DNA of 64,000 bases, from contig CDMY01000158.1 of the NCBI GenBank assembly GCA_001179505.1, positions 117,272 to 181,271 on the forward strand. The letters run 5' to 3'. Source of the DNA: Vitrella brassicaformis CCMP3155. Taxonomy: Eukaryota; Protista; Chromerida. This document shows positions 37,201-48,314 of the stretch, piece by piece. The position numbers and the translations under genes were made by a program. A model generated the notes under the pieces. It was given only the letters and a program-made list of their open reading frames with translations. It was not told the DNA's origin and did not search any database. How positions within the stretch are numbered: position 1 is the first letter of the stretch; every line of letters begins with the position of its first letter.

Positions 37201-40200
37201 CCCTCAGGACTCGTTTGTCATCCATTCATTTTGTGCTCTGTATGTGTGTGTTCAGGTGCACCGGCGGCGTGACGCCTTGCTGCAGGACAAGAGGGACCGC
37301 TATGGCCGAGCGCCTGATCGCGAGGAGGATGTCAGGAGGGACATCAGGGTGCTCGAGAAGGAGGTCGAGCGGCTCAAAACGTCCAAACAGGAGCTACAGG
37401 TGACAAAGAAGCAATGACGCAATGGATGGACGGCTCGTGTATTTCTCTTCCTCCTTGTTGGTGTGGTGCTGCAGGCGGAGTTTGACCGCCTCGTAACCAA
37501 TCAGCAGCACGTGACGGAGCGCATCGACCACGACAAGATCAACTTCTTCACAGCCCCCACAAACGCCTCCCTCGACGCATCCGCACAGGAGGGTGCGTGT
37601 GCGTACCTGCACGCCAGCCCCCACTACCTGCACCCGGCCGTGTGTGTGGTGAAGTACCTGCTGGCCCCGCGGATCAAGTGCTCCACCGGCGACGCCATGT
37701 TTGGGTGGGAGTTCATGACGCGGCTGGTGGAGGCCCGTACGCCAAACCTCTACTTCTTCCCATTGGTGGAGGCCTGTGTCAAGACCATGCCCCCACTCAT
37801 CAGGTGAGCAGAGGGCGGAGGCAACCCACCAGCCAACACACGTCACGCTCTGTGTGTGTGTGTGGTTCAGGGGCATGACGGACAGCGAGGCGTGGTCGTG
37901 TGGTTCGTTGTTCAACAAGATCTTCACCACACTCACCGAATGGCAAAGGGCACCCAACAAATACGTCAAGGTAAGTAAATGAGTCCCATCTGGTCACTCG
38001 AGCACTTATCCATCTTCGCCCAGGAGTTTGACGAGAACCCGTGTTTGAGCATCTTCCAAGCCCAGCTGGTGGCCAGGTCGACCGACCCACCACCCGCGAG
38101 TGAAGCACCAGGCCCGGCAACCGAGAGCGCCACCCCCACCCTCGCCCCCCAGCCGCTGGGCGAGAAGCTACTCGTGCTGCTGATGCACTTTGAGGAAGAG
38201 ATCTTCACATTCTTCTTCACAAGTGAGGGATGGATGCTGTGACCGCAACACCCGCCGACACACACACACACACACACACACACAACACTCTGCGTGTATC
38301 TGCAGTGGTTCGTCAAGCCCTGGATGGGTCTGATGGCCCACTGGAGGCTGCGGCCGATGGCGACAAGGGCGACGACGACTCCAAGATGGATGAGGAGGAG
38401 GCAGCGGCTGAGAAGGAGCGGCAGCAGGAGCGGGTGAAGAGGAACAAGGAGAATGCCTACCAGGAAGTCAAGCGGGGGCTGGCCTTCCTCGTCCAGGCCG
38501 CACCGGTAGGCAACACACACCGGACTGAATGAATGACACACAGAAGGAAGGCAACAGGTCCTCATGTCCTGTGTGTCGCCGCTTCCAGGCCTTCCCCTGC
38601 ACGCAGTTCGTGGCCACTGAGCTCCGGAAGCTGATGGACCAACTCGGGGCGCATGCCGCAAAAGACGTCAGCCAACAGAACCAGACATCAACCCATGCGT
38701 GTGGGTCATTCATCTGTGGTGTGTTTGGCATCCATCTTTGAATCAGAGAATGGATTGGCCGGATGTCAGGTCAAATGCCAACGGCTACGCCTACCAAAAG
38801 CTCAGGTGAGCCGCAGGACCAGGAAGCATGACCATGTGAGGCAATTGGATGGATGAGATCCTGGGTGTGGTGTGTGTCATGGTGTGTCTTTCATCCTTGC
38901 AGGCACGATGCCCCTCGGCTGGATGTGGGCGACCATGCAGCCCATCAGTCTCTAAAGGCGTGGCTCAAGGCGCAGGAGCGAGCCCCACCACCGGAGAGCT
39001 CACCCAAGCAGCCCTCCCCTGCTGCATCGCCTCCGCGTCCCCTGCCGCCCCCGCCACCCAAGAATCTCCTTGACGTCGGCCCGCCACCACGGACACAGCC
39101 GAGTGCTGCTCCTGCTCAACGGCCACCGACACAGCAGACGCTTCCGCCCTCTCGCCCTGCGCCGGCGCCAGCCAAACCCCTTGCTGCTTCTGTGGCCGAC
39201 AGCGGTGCACCTTCTCGCGCCCCCCAAGCACCGCGCGCAGCGGCCAATGCGCTGGCGGCCCCCGCGGCCTCGTCTGAGCCGAAGGCCAAGTCCCCTCCGC
39301 CCAAGGCTACTGCACCGCCGACCAAGGCACCAGCTGGAGCTGCTGCTGCCGCCGCACCGACAGTGAGACCGCCATCTACACAACCACCACAGGAGAAACA
39401 ACCACAGCAGCAGCAAGAGCCGTCTGCACGTCCCAAGGCCGCCTCAGTGCCCTCACCCAAGCCACCACCGAGCAAGTCCCCTCCGCCGTCAGGTCCCTCC
39501 GCTGCTGCGGCGGCTGCCCCCAAGGCAGCGTCCACTTCGCCGCGGCCTCCCTCGACGTCACCAAAGACGGGCGGCATTGTTCTGGGGCCCAAGGCGACAT
39601 CCAAGTCGCCCCCCGCCCGCAGCCCCACATCGACACCGACACCCCAGCTGAGACCCAAGCCGACATCCACACCCCCCAAGCAGCCGACTGGTCAGCCACC
39701 GTCGTCCCCGCCTGTGAAGCCGTCAGCTGCGGCCAAACCAGCCGCAGATCTCAAGGCCGAGGAGCACCTGGCGCAGAAGAAGGAGGCCGTTCGCGAGCAG
39801 ATGGCCTCGTCGAGAGCCGCCCTCTCCCCCAGACCGTCATCAGCCAAGGAGACGCCATCAGCTGCTGCCAAGCCGGGCGCCAAGGCAGATGGTGTGTCCA
39901 AGGCGCCGCGTGCTGCTTCGCCTGTTCCGTCCGGCGGCACAGGGAGAGCGCCTGGTGCACGGCGAGATGGGCCATCCGCCCCACCGCCGTCATCTGCTGG
40001 ACCGGCCTCACAGGCTGGACCCGATCGCGCGGCAAAGGGGGCCGCCTCTCCACCGTCAAGCCAGAACGGCCGCGTCAAGGAGTCCCAAGAGGGGCCAAGG
40101 AAAGGGGACGCCGCTGCCGCTGCATCAGCTGCCTCTAGCCAGCATGAGAAGTCTCCTGTCCGCAGTGACCGAGGCAGTGAGCGAGGGAGTGACCGCAGGG

Positions 40201-40640
40201 CCACACCAAAGGCAACTGCACCTGGAGGCCGACCGCGTAATGCGCTGAATTCGCTCGACTCGCCCGCGCCAGCACCTGGAGGCAGCAGCCGGCTGGCCAG
40301 TGGGGGCGGTGGAGCGCCGAACGGGCCATCATCATCGCGTCAGTCGGAGAGGCGGAAGGAGGGTCCGCCGCCCCCGGAGCCCGTCTCGACACGATCGATG
40401 AGGAGCGATGCGTACGGGCCGAGGGGCGAGGGAGCTAGAGGCGACGGGCACTATACACGGGGGTCGGTGACGCAGGGATTATCGTCTGGCGACTGGCGTG
40501 ATAGCAGGGGCGACGACTGGCGGGGTGACAGAGGGGGCTATCGCGAGAAGGACAGTCGTGAGAGGCGGCAGCAGCACAGCCACTACCCCCAGCAGCACGA
40601 GAAGCCCAGGAGCTTCTATGAAACACGGCGGAGATCCTGA
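31228..40640 (+). CDS. THOC2: THO complex subunit 2 (Tho2), multi-exon, with a long P/A/S/K-rich last exon
   Basis: YSLFRESTEGYARII, RRYAVY, CNPFPVF...PNIIPHLVETTK, QEVLKYMGGI...LNAEQIRAQAGGPLL, YLTFWRLDWSDMLVPKDVYD, APRIKCSTGDAMF, MTDSEAWSCG match the THOC2 motif order; contains gap 32650-32949. Confidence 0.92.
32650..32949. other. Assembly gap (300 N) inside a THOC2 intron region
   Basis: Run of N. Confidence 1.
39501..40375 (+). repeat. Source copy of a ~870-bp segmental duplication (part of the THOC2 last exon)
   Basis: Near-identical to 61601-62463 from gctgctgcggcggctgcccccaag to gagggtccgccgccccc. Confidence 0.97.
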
Positions 40641-41089
40641 CGCCCTGTGGTGGTGTGTGTGAGTGGTTCAGTGGAAAGTCAGGCAGTTGTAGAGATTGAT
40701 GAAGAACGCCCTCTTTTCCACATCCGTCAGCGTCTCCAGCCCTTCCACGCATGTGTCGATGGCTAACATGTGGATGACGGACTCTTGATGGATGGATGGA
40801 TGCTTATGTGCTACGTTTTAAGCCATAGACAGAGCACTGGTTGAGTTGACGGTTTGATTTCGATGTCGGAACGCCGCCACACATACACACATCCGTCTCG
40901 CTTGATGCATCGTCATCCCACACACAGCACAGCGCCTCAATGTGCGCATCGAACAATATACTTACTGGCCTCGCCTCGCGCCTTCCGCGAGAGCAACACA
41001 GCACTCACACCCACGACCCAAAAATCATGCCCTCGCAGAACATCCTTAGGACGGACAACCTGCAACCACCCTTCTCATAAGACAGACCG

Positions 41090-42238
41090 TCATGGAAAGT
41101 ATGGCGCCCTCGACGTCTCCCCGCCCCCACCAGCACCCCCGCTCTCATCCGTTTCCCTCACCCCCTCCGGTCTCCTCTCGCCATCAGACTTTGTCCTGAC
41201 TCGCTGGTAGATATTGAAGGCCACATCGGGGTCGCTGTCTGGCTGTGGAGGCAGCTTCTCGATCCACAAGTCGCCGTCAAAGTAATCCATCGACAGCTTC
41301 TCCTCACCGACGGACGGCAGTGTGGGTATCGACAGGCCAAAGAAGTTGACTTTGAGGTTGTTCTTCCGCAGCAGCAGTGCCTGCTCGCTGACGAGCTGGT
41401 AGTCGCCCCCATACTGCAGCCGCCATGTGAAGTTGCGTGCCGTCACGTAGTTCTCGTACCGGCCGTCGTGGTCGAAGACCAGGAAGGCGTCGAGGCCCTG
41501 CGGGAAGACATTGTACCGCACCTCCTCTGTGAAGGCCACCCGCCACGTGCCCTCGAGCAGCGCCCTCCTCTGACTCATCGAGTCAATCGTCATCTCCGTG
41601 GCCTCCCCTGCCCCTGCCCCTCCCCGCCCCTCCTTCCAGCCACCCTGAAGGCTCCTCACCGAAGTCAGCTCTCGCGCATAGCTGACGACTTCGTCGCATA
41701 TGGGTCGTGGGCAGAGCCGTGCCTGGAAGACCTCCTTCTGGTTCATCTCCCGCAGAGTACACTTGAGCTCCTGCTCGGCGAACCGCAGCTGCCAGTTCAT
41801 GTTGGTCTCCGACGCAGGGCTGCCATCATCCTCCTGCTGGGGAGGAGATGAGTCGGGCGGCGGCTCGGTGGATGACTCAGTTGAAGGCGCTGGTTGGGGT
41901 TCCGTCTCAACACGACCAGATGCAGCACCCAGGCTGACAGATGGCAGCCGCCGAGAGGTTGCAACATCTCTCCATAGAGCGGATGAGCCTGTGGCAGGTG
42001 ATGACAGGCTCCTCTGCCATCGATGCAAACCATGATGCCGTCGTCGTGCTGTTCTCCTGTGGAAGGGCGTGGGAGAGATGAGCGCCAGGCGCCTCGATGC
42101 TTGTGACAGGTGTGTCACGTCATTGCTGTGCGCTAAGGATGCAGATGAGGCTGACGATGGCAAAGATGAGAGAACCCAGCAGCATCTCCATAACAACAGC
42201 ACTGCGGACGTCCACAGTTGGAGTGCAACAGCCATCAT
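41090..42238 (-). CDS. PAP/fibrillin-like (lipocalin-fold) protein with bipartite signal + transit peptide, single exon
   Basis: Hydrophobic N-terminus, then an S/R/H-rich, acid-poor segment; C-terminal LLEGTWRVAFT...YENYV...MDYFDGDLWIEK resembles PAP_fibrillin motifs. Confidence 0.65.
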   Translation of the reverse strand: MMAVALQLWTSAVLLLWRCCWVLSSLPSSASSASLAHSNDVTHLSQASRRLALISPTPFHRRTARRRHHGLHRWQRSLSSPATGSSALWRDVATSRRLPSVSLGAASGRVETEPQPAPSTESSTEPPPDSSPPQQEDDGSPASETNMNWQLRFAEQELKCTLREMNQKEVFQARLCPRPICDEVVSYARELTSVRSLQGGWKEGRGGAGAGEATEMTIDSMSQRRALLEGTWRVAFTEEVRYNVFPQGLDAFLVFDHDGRYENYVTARNFTWRLQYGGDYQLVSEQALLLRKNNLKVNFFGLSIPTLPSVGEEKLSMDYFDGDLWIEKLPPQPDSDPDVAFNIYQRVRTKSDGERRPEGVRETDESGGAGGGGETSRAPYFP

Positions 42239-42333
42239 TTTCTTTTTTTTGTCACAGATCTGCCACTTGATCGTTTTGCTTCGACCGTGCCTTCTGCTCA
42301 GACCGGACCACGACGATGTCCGCTGAGTGTTAC

Positions 42334-42405
42334 GGGGACATAGCTCAAAGGTAGAGCGTCTGACTCCAGATCAGACGGTTGGGTGTTCGAGTCGCCCTGT
42401 CCTCA
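42334..42405 (+). tRNA. tRNA-Trp (CCA), intronless
   Basis: GGGGACA/TGTCCTC acceptor stem, A box TAGCTCAAAGG, anticodon arm TCTGA-CTCCAGA-TCAGA, B box GTTCGAGTC, discriminator A. Confidence 0.97.
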
Positions 42406-42683
42406 CGTTTGGCTGCCATGTTGCTTCCGCACGAAGCGCTGTAGGTGTTTTCCCGTGCTGTGGTTCTTCTTACGCCCTCCTCCGGAGATCGTCGGGGGGG
42501 AGTCGTGAGCTAAGCTTGCAGACCGATCGAATGCGAGCTAGAAACCAGAGGAAGGGAAAGGAGGTGAGGACCCGCAACCAATTACCCTTAACACAATCAC
42601 GTACGAAGTGAGTTATGCTGCACAGTGGCTCGATCCTGAGTCAGACAAGTGCGGGGTGTGTTCGTTGACCTGCTCGCTGAAGG

Positions 42684-45600
42684 ATGGTGGCCTTGTCGTT
42701 CCTCCCGCGAGGCTCGACGGAGAATGGCTCGGTGCCTGGATCGGAGAGCGCCCCTTCGCAAGACACCGCAGCTGCCTCTGTCCAGGACACCCCAACACAG
42801 CCTCGCGCCAACCACCCCGCACCAGAGGGCATCGTGAGCATCTCGGGGCGCGTTTATGCCCTCAAGCCGTCCAGCAATCAACGAGAAACCCGCAAGCAGA
42901 CCCGCGCTTTCTGTCAGCAACATGGTGGCGGGTGCCACTGCCTGGTGTTCGATGTGCGCTGTGCAGCGGGGGGCGACACTGAGGGCCATAGCAGGAGTGG
43001 GCTGCACTCCACTGTGGTCAAAGCGGATGTGGGCTTCGGCGGCGGGAGGGGAGGTCCGATGAGCATCGCCCCGCTGTGTTTGGAGAAGGTCTTCAGCACC
43101 TGCCAGGCGATGGAGGAGTGGCTAACGGCTGATCCCAGGCATGTGGTGCTGCTGCAATGCCCGGCAGCGCCCCATGCCATCCTCAGCTTCCTCTCGGCAC
43201 TCCTGGCCTTCGCACCTGAGGACCAAATCGTGGCCAGAGGGACGGGCGATGTCACTGCCACCCTCGATGGCTTCGTGCTTCAAGCTCAGCGGCTGTGCGA
43301 GGCCCTCTGTCCACCGTCCTACCGTGTCACCCCGAGCCCTTACGCCACTCAGCTGGCCAGTGCCATGCAGCGATCCCGGCTGAGACGGCGGGCTGCATCA
43401 ACACCACTCCATGCCGCCAACACGGCACGGTCGTCCGCTGCGCACGGGTCGGCCGGCGGCAATCCCCTCGCCGGCCGCAGAGCATCCCTGCCGGCTTCAC
43501 TGGTGCCAGTGGCTGGTGGTGAGAGCAGCCGATGGCGGCGGTGGAGCATCATGAGTGGCCTGGGACGTCCCAGCAGCGGCTTTGCTGTGGGGCGGATGGA
43601 CGATGCAACACGTCGGCATGTGCTGGGCATGGAGGCGTTCTCGACGTGCATGCTGCAGAGCATCACCGTCAACGAGAGTGCAGCCAACATGGAGACGTCC
43701 GCGCCACTTTATGTGGAGATATACTCCACAGGTACACCACACCAGGGGAGGGACAGGAGCATGGCAGACTCGCTCACTGCTCGTCTTCCTTTGATTCTGT
43801 ATCAATGTCTTTTGCAGCGTCTGACGCGCCTCTGGTCGCTAGTCGATTGAGCCAGGTGGAGGGGTCAGTCACCGCCCCCAACAACGGCAGAGTCGAAGGC
43901 ACGCCGTCCACCAGCCCCAACTCGGCTGGCTCGCAGCAGTCGCACTGGCACCTGCAGGTCGACAAGCGCATCGACGGCGAGCTCCTCGCCTTCATTCACT
44001 CCTCCCCCCCATCCCGCAGCTTCCTCACCGTCGACACCAGTGCACCATCGTCAGCCCGAGGAGCCCCCGCCGGCGGCCGGTTCACCTCCCTCTTCAAACG
44101 AAGCCAAGCAACGGCACCAGAAGGGGGCAGTGCCTCCGACCGGTCCCCCACGGCCCACTCTCCCCCCCTGGCTACCTTCCAGCTGCATCTGTCGGACATT
44201 CTCCATCGGCCACCAGGGGGAGCCAAACGTGCGGCTACGGGCGGTGACAGCAGCAGCAGCAGCGATGAGGGTGAGGTGCGTGATGGGGTTGGGCGTGTGA
44301 CTGAGACGGTGCGGATCGATGGGCTGCGGCTGGTCAAGTGTCAGCTGACAGCGACGGACGTGGTGTCCAGACACCAGCTGCCCGACGACTTTGCAATAAC
44401 ACTCAACTTCGGTACGCACAACGCGGAGCACGGAGCATCAAGCATGCCGGATGGATGTGTCTCGTCCCGTGTGGGTCTGGTCTGGTGTGTGCAGAGGTGT
44501 ACCCCGAGAACGTTTTCGCGCACGTGTCCAACAGCCCAACCCGTGTGAGTGTCCGTGTGCCCTGCGGCCCCCCGGTGGTGAACCCCTCCATGAGCCCCAG
44601 CCGCAGCGACGACAGCAGAGGCGCATCCACGGCAGCTCAGTCAGCCTCCTCCGGTGCACACGACGCCACCACCAACACAGCAGATGACCCTACAGGACAG
44701 CCACAGGTGAGATGAGCACCGCAAGACAGGGACGCATACGTGATGGAATCGAATCACTGATGTCGGTTCTCTTGCCTTGCATCCATGTCAGGTGGAGACT
44801 GACGAGCAGATCGCTTGGCGTCTCTTCCTGGAGGACACCTCCACAACACAGCCGCGACCAATGCCGGCTGTGCCGCTCGAGAGAGGGGAGCCACCCAGGC
44901 CGCCTGCTGCTGCTGCGGTGTCAACGACCACTGAGCCGCCCAACGCCGTGGGTAGTCCTGCTGCATCCGGGGAGCAGTCTGGCGGGAGCGGGGGCGACAC
45001 GGGCTACAGGGATGTGGCCGCTGAGGGCCAGACCAGGGCACCCGAAGGCTCGTCCGTCAGAGATGCAGATGAACTGCTTGCCAGACGGCTGCAGCAGGTC
45101 AGAACCACACACAAAAAAGAGTGTGTCTCGTCTTGCATGGTCGTGTTTGCTTCTGTGGTGTCCTTCTATGTCTGCAGCAATATCTATTGGAGGCGCAGCG
45201 CCGTCACCGCGGCAGTCCCCAGCTGCCCCTGCTCCTGGACGACCTCTTCCCATCCCTCTCACTCTCTACTGGCACCTCGGCAGCTGCCGCGCGCGGCACC
45301 GCCAACGCAGGCCCTGCCGAGGCGGCAGCCACGAGCAGCGTGGGCGCGTCAAGGAACACCAGCCAGTCTGTGAGCTCAAGTGCGAGTGCAGCCGACGCGA
45401 CGAATGACGGCAGTGAGGACGTGCCGAGGGAGGCGGCCGGCGCTGCATCGGCCGCCGCTGCATCCAGGTAAAAGGCTGGGGTGGTATGTGTGGAGGGCAG
45501 GCAGGAAGGCACCTGTCTGTCCATGAGTGGATCTGTGTGCTTGTGTGTGTTCAGTGTGTCTCCCAGTGGCGCATCCCGCGGGGCTGAGGCTCGCATGAGC

Positions 45601-47015
45601 CTGAGGAGACAGCTGGTGAGCGAGAATGAGACAGCACGAGCAGACAAAGTGGAGAACTGTCGGCTGTGTTGCTTCCTTGCTTGCTTCATCTCTCTTTTCA
45701 GGAGTTGCTGAACTCCTTCCTGGACGACAACCAGCGTGTGTTTTCGTCCAACGACCCCCCCAACCTGCTGGGCGACAGGAGTGAGAACATCATCAGCGAG
45801 ATAGACCTCATCAGCAGCAGGTCAGCTGGTGGTGCTCGACCACCAACCACACACCATCCATCCCTCCACACAGCCCCGGAGCCGTCACACACGCGCCTCT
45901 CTCTGTCTCACCTCTCTCTGGGTGTCTTGCAATGATTCGGGTCATCGCTCAGGTTGTCGCTGCGTCGGAACCGTTTCCCATTTACCGTTGGTGCGTCTCA
46001 CTTTGAGATCAACGCCCTGCCCACCTACACCTACAGCTGCAAGGCCGCCGCCAAGGATGACGACGAGTGTGGCGGCAAGGGTGTTGGTGATGACGAGCGC
46101 AACAAGTGCATGGTGTGCCAAGAGGAATTCGACGAGGGCGACAAACTCAAGGTGAAGGGAAGAGCTAAGAGGAAGGAACGAACACCTTAGGCACCTCGAT
46201 GCATGCCAGCCAGGGATGGACGTGTGTGTGTGTGTGTGTGTCTGTGTATGGGATGATTGCAGAATTTACCGTGCTTCCACTCTTTTCACGCCGAATGCGT
46301 CGACAAGTGAGTGAGACATAGAGACGTGCAGGCATCACATCGCCACCGCACCCACTCCTCTGTCAGGTGGCTGGCTGTCAAGAAGACGTGCCCCATCTGT
46401 CAGCTGCGCATCGACCGGCCCAACCTGCCCCCAAACGACACGGCTCGCGGGACGTCCTCCCTCGACCCGTCCAACGCCCTCCGCGGCAGCAACATCGCCC
46501 GCCTGCGGCTGCAGCTCCACCAGAACCAGCTGGTGCTCGACGCTCTCTCACCCAGAGGTGACAATGGCCCCGAGCCGAGGGGAGAGAACGACTACGATGA
46601 AGAGTTCCTCCGGTCACTCGGTGAGCGAACAACACATGCGTGATATGGGAACACATGCATGTCCGCAGCCCTGCTCACGATTGTCGTTGCCCCCTTGTGT
46701 TGTGTGTGTGCAGAGACCATGTACCGCATCCCTTTGATGCGCCGCTCCCGAGGTGTGGGAATGTCCCTCGGCAGACCCACCGCTGCATCCGCCAGACGCG
46801 AGTCGAGGACCCGCTCTGGCTCGACTACCAGCAACCACCGCTTCAGCTTTCTGCATGGGTGGGGTCGGCAGCGGGCTGACGAGCCGCTGCGGGACCCAGT
46901 GGATGGCGAGGAGATCGTGCCCATCGACAGCTTCGGAAGGTCGAGTAGGTGGGTGCGGCGGTACTCGCTGCCGTCTGAGGCGAGAAGACTGCGACGCAGA
47001 CGGATCATGGGGTAG
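42684..47015 (+). CDS. PTEN/tensin-like pseudophosphatase + probable C2 region + MIU/UIM-like motifs + RING-H2 E3 ligase, multi-exon
   Basis: PLCLEKVFSTCQAMEEWLTADPRHVVLLQC resembles the PTEN pre-P-loop but has no CX5R Arg; TDEQIAWRLFLED and DADELLARRLQQ; spliced RING CMVCQEEFDEGDKLKNLPCFHSFHAECVDKWLAVKKTCPIC. Confidence 0.75.
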
Positions 47016-47167
47016 ACAGAGGGGTGCAATGGGATTGGGGGTGGGCGATGGTTAGCCGTATGTAGACAGGGCTGCAGTGAGAGGCACCCTGAATTGATTT
47101 CAGCCGGCTGGCTGCGATCGACAAGACGGTCGGCCAGTGGTGTGGTGTATTGTGTATTTTCTGCGAG

Positions 47168-47590
47168 TTGAGTAAGCCAGCTGATGTTTGCTGATGTGTG
47201 GTGGCGGTGCGGGGCGGGGCGAGGGTTTGCCAGTGCCGGCTGGCACCCGTTTGTTGATGAGAGTGTGAGGACGCGATGTTGGGATCGATAGCTCTTTGGA
47301 TAAAGTGAGTGACAACACTAGGATGCTGCTCGCTCGGTTGCTGCTGGTCGAGAAGATGGCATGTGCATCCACCCCATGTTATGCACATCTGGAGCGGCCC
47401 GAGCAGCATCTCGTGCATACGAGTGGACGGATGGATGGATGGATCTGTTATGTGTAAGTAATTCGATTGTGTCGTAACCGTGAGCATTGAGCTACCGTCA
47501 GCCTTTGAATGGCGATAAGGGTCCGTCCATCTGCACAAGTCCATCCATCCATCCATCCATGCTTACAAAAGGTAGGCAGGCAGGCAGGCA
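47168..47590 (+). repeat. Direct repeat, left copy
   Basis: Shares ttgagtaagccagctgatgtttgctgatg, gcgatgttgggatc.atagctctttggata, gatgctgctcgctcggttgctg and gagcattgagctaccgtcagcctttgaat with 50270-50583. Confidence 0.92.
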
Positions 47591-48314
47591 CTCGCACAAA
47601 TAGTCAGGCGCTTCTCTGCTGTATTGACAACGGAAGGAGGGAGAGAGACAGGCAGAGAGACAGACAGACAGACAGCCAAACTCACACGAACATACACACA
47701 AAAAGAAATCGCGGCACGACGGGAGGGCAGCGGTGTTGAGTGTGTGGTTCGTCGCCCGTTGTTGCGAGCACTCTGAGTCACAGTGTCCCAACACCAGCCC
47801 ACGACAGTCACTCACCACACCAACACACCTCAATCGATCTCTAAGTTCGCCTTCTCACCACTAGCTATCCTCCCCTGCCATAGCCTGCTCGGCATTCATC
47901 TCTCGCTCCCCCTCACTCACGAATGATGAATGATTCACTCATTCTTCTCAAATCACTCAAATCACTCGATGAAAATTCGCCGAAGGTCCAACAAGTTGCA
48001 AAAGAAGCTCATGGCTGAGAAGAGGGGGAGCAGACGATGCAATGATGACGTCTATGGTTCTCGAGAGAGGCGGAGAGGCTCTCGAGAGAAGCACTACTCA
48101 CTTCGCGTCGAGGAGGGCCTGTTTCACTGCAAATGCTTCCCAGCGCTCCGCAGCTTGTTTGCTTCGCTGCTTGGCCCCGCTTTGGCGGCACTGATCTCTC
48201 GACTGTTTGTGGGTGTTTGTTCAGTGAACCAAATTTACAACGCTTCTCCGAAGCAGCAGAGCAGCCCCAGCACGAGAACCCACACGCGCGAGTGAGCGAG
48301 TGAGTGAGTTTCCG

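Noticed and set aside
39116-40204. Long antisense Gly/Ala-rich ORFs (also 61366-62292)
   Set aside because: Shadows of GC-rich low-complexity THOC2 coding sequence.
48059-48087. 9-bp inverted repeat tctcgagag...ctctcgaga
   Set aside because: Too short and AG-repeat-derived to call a terminator or TIR.
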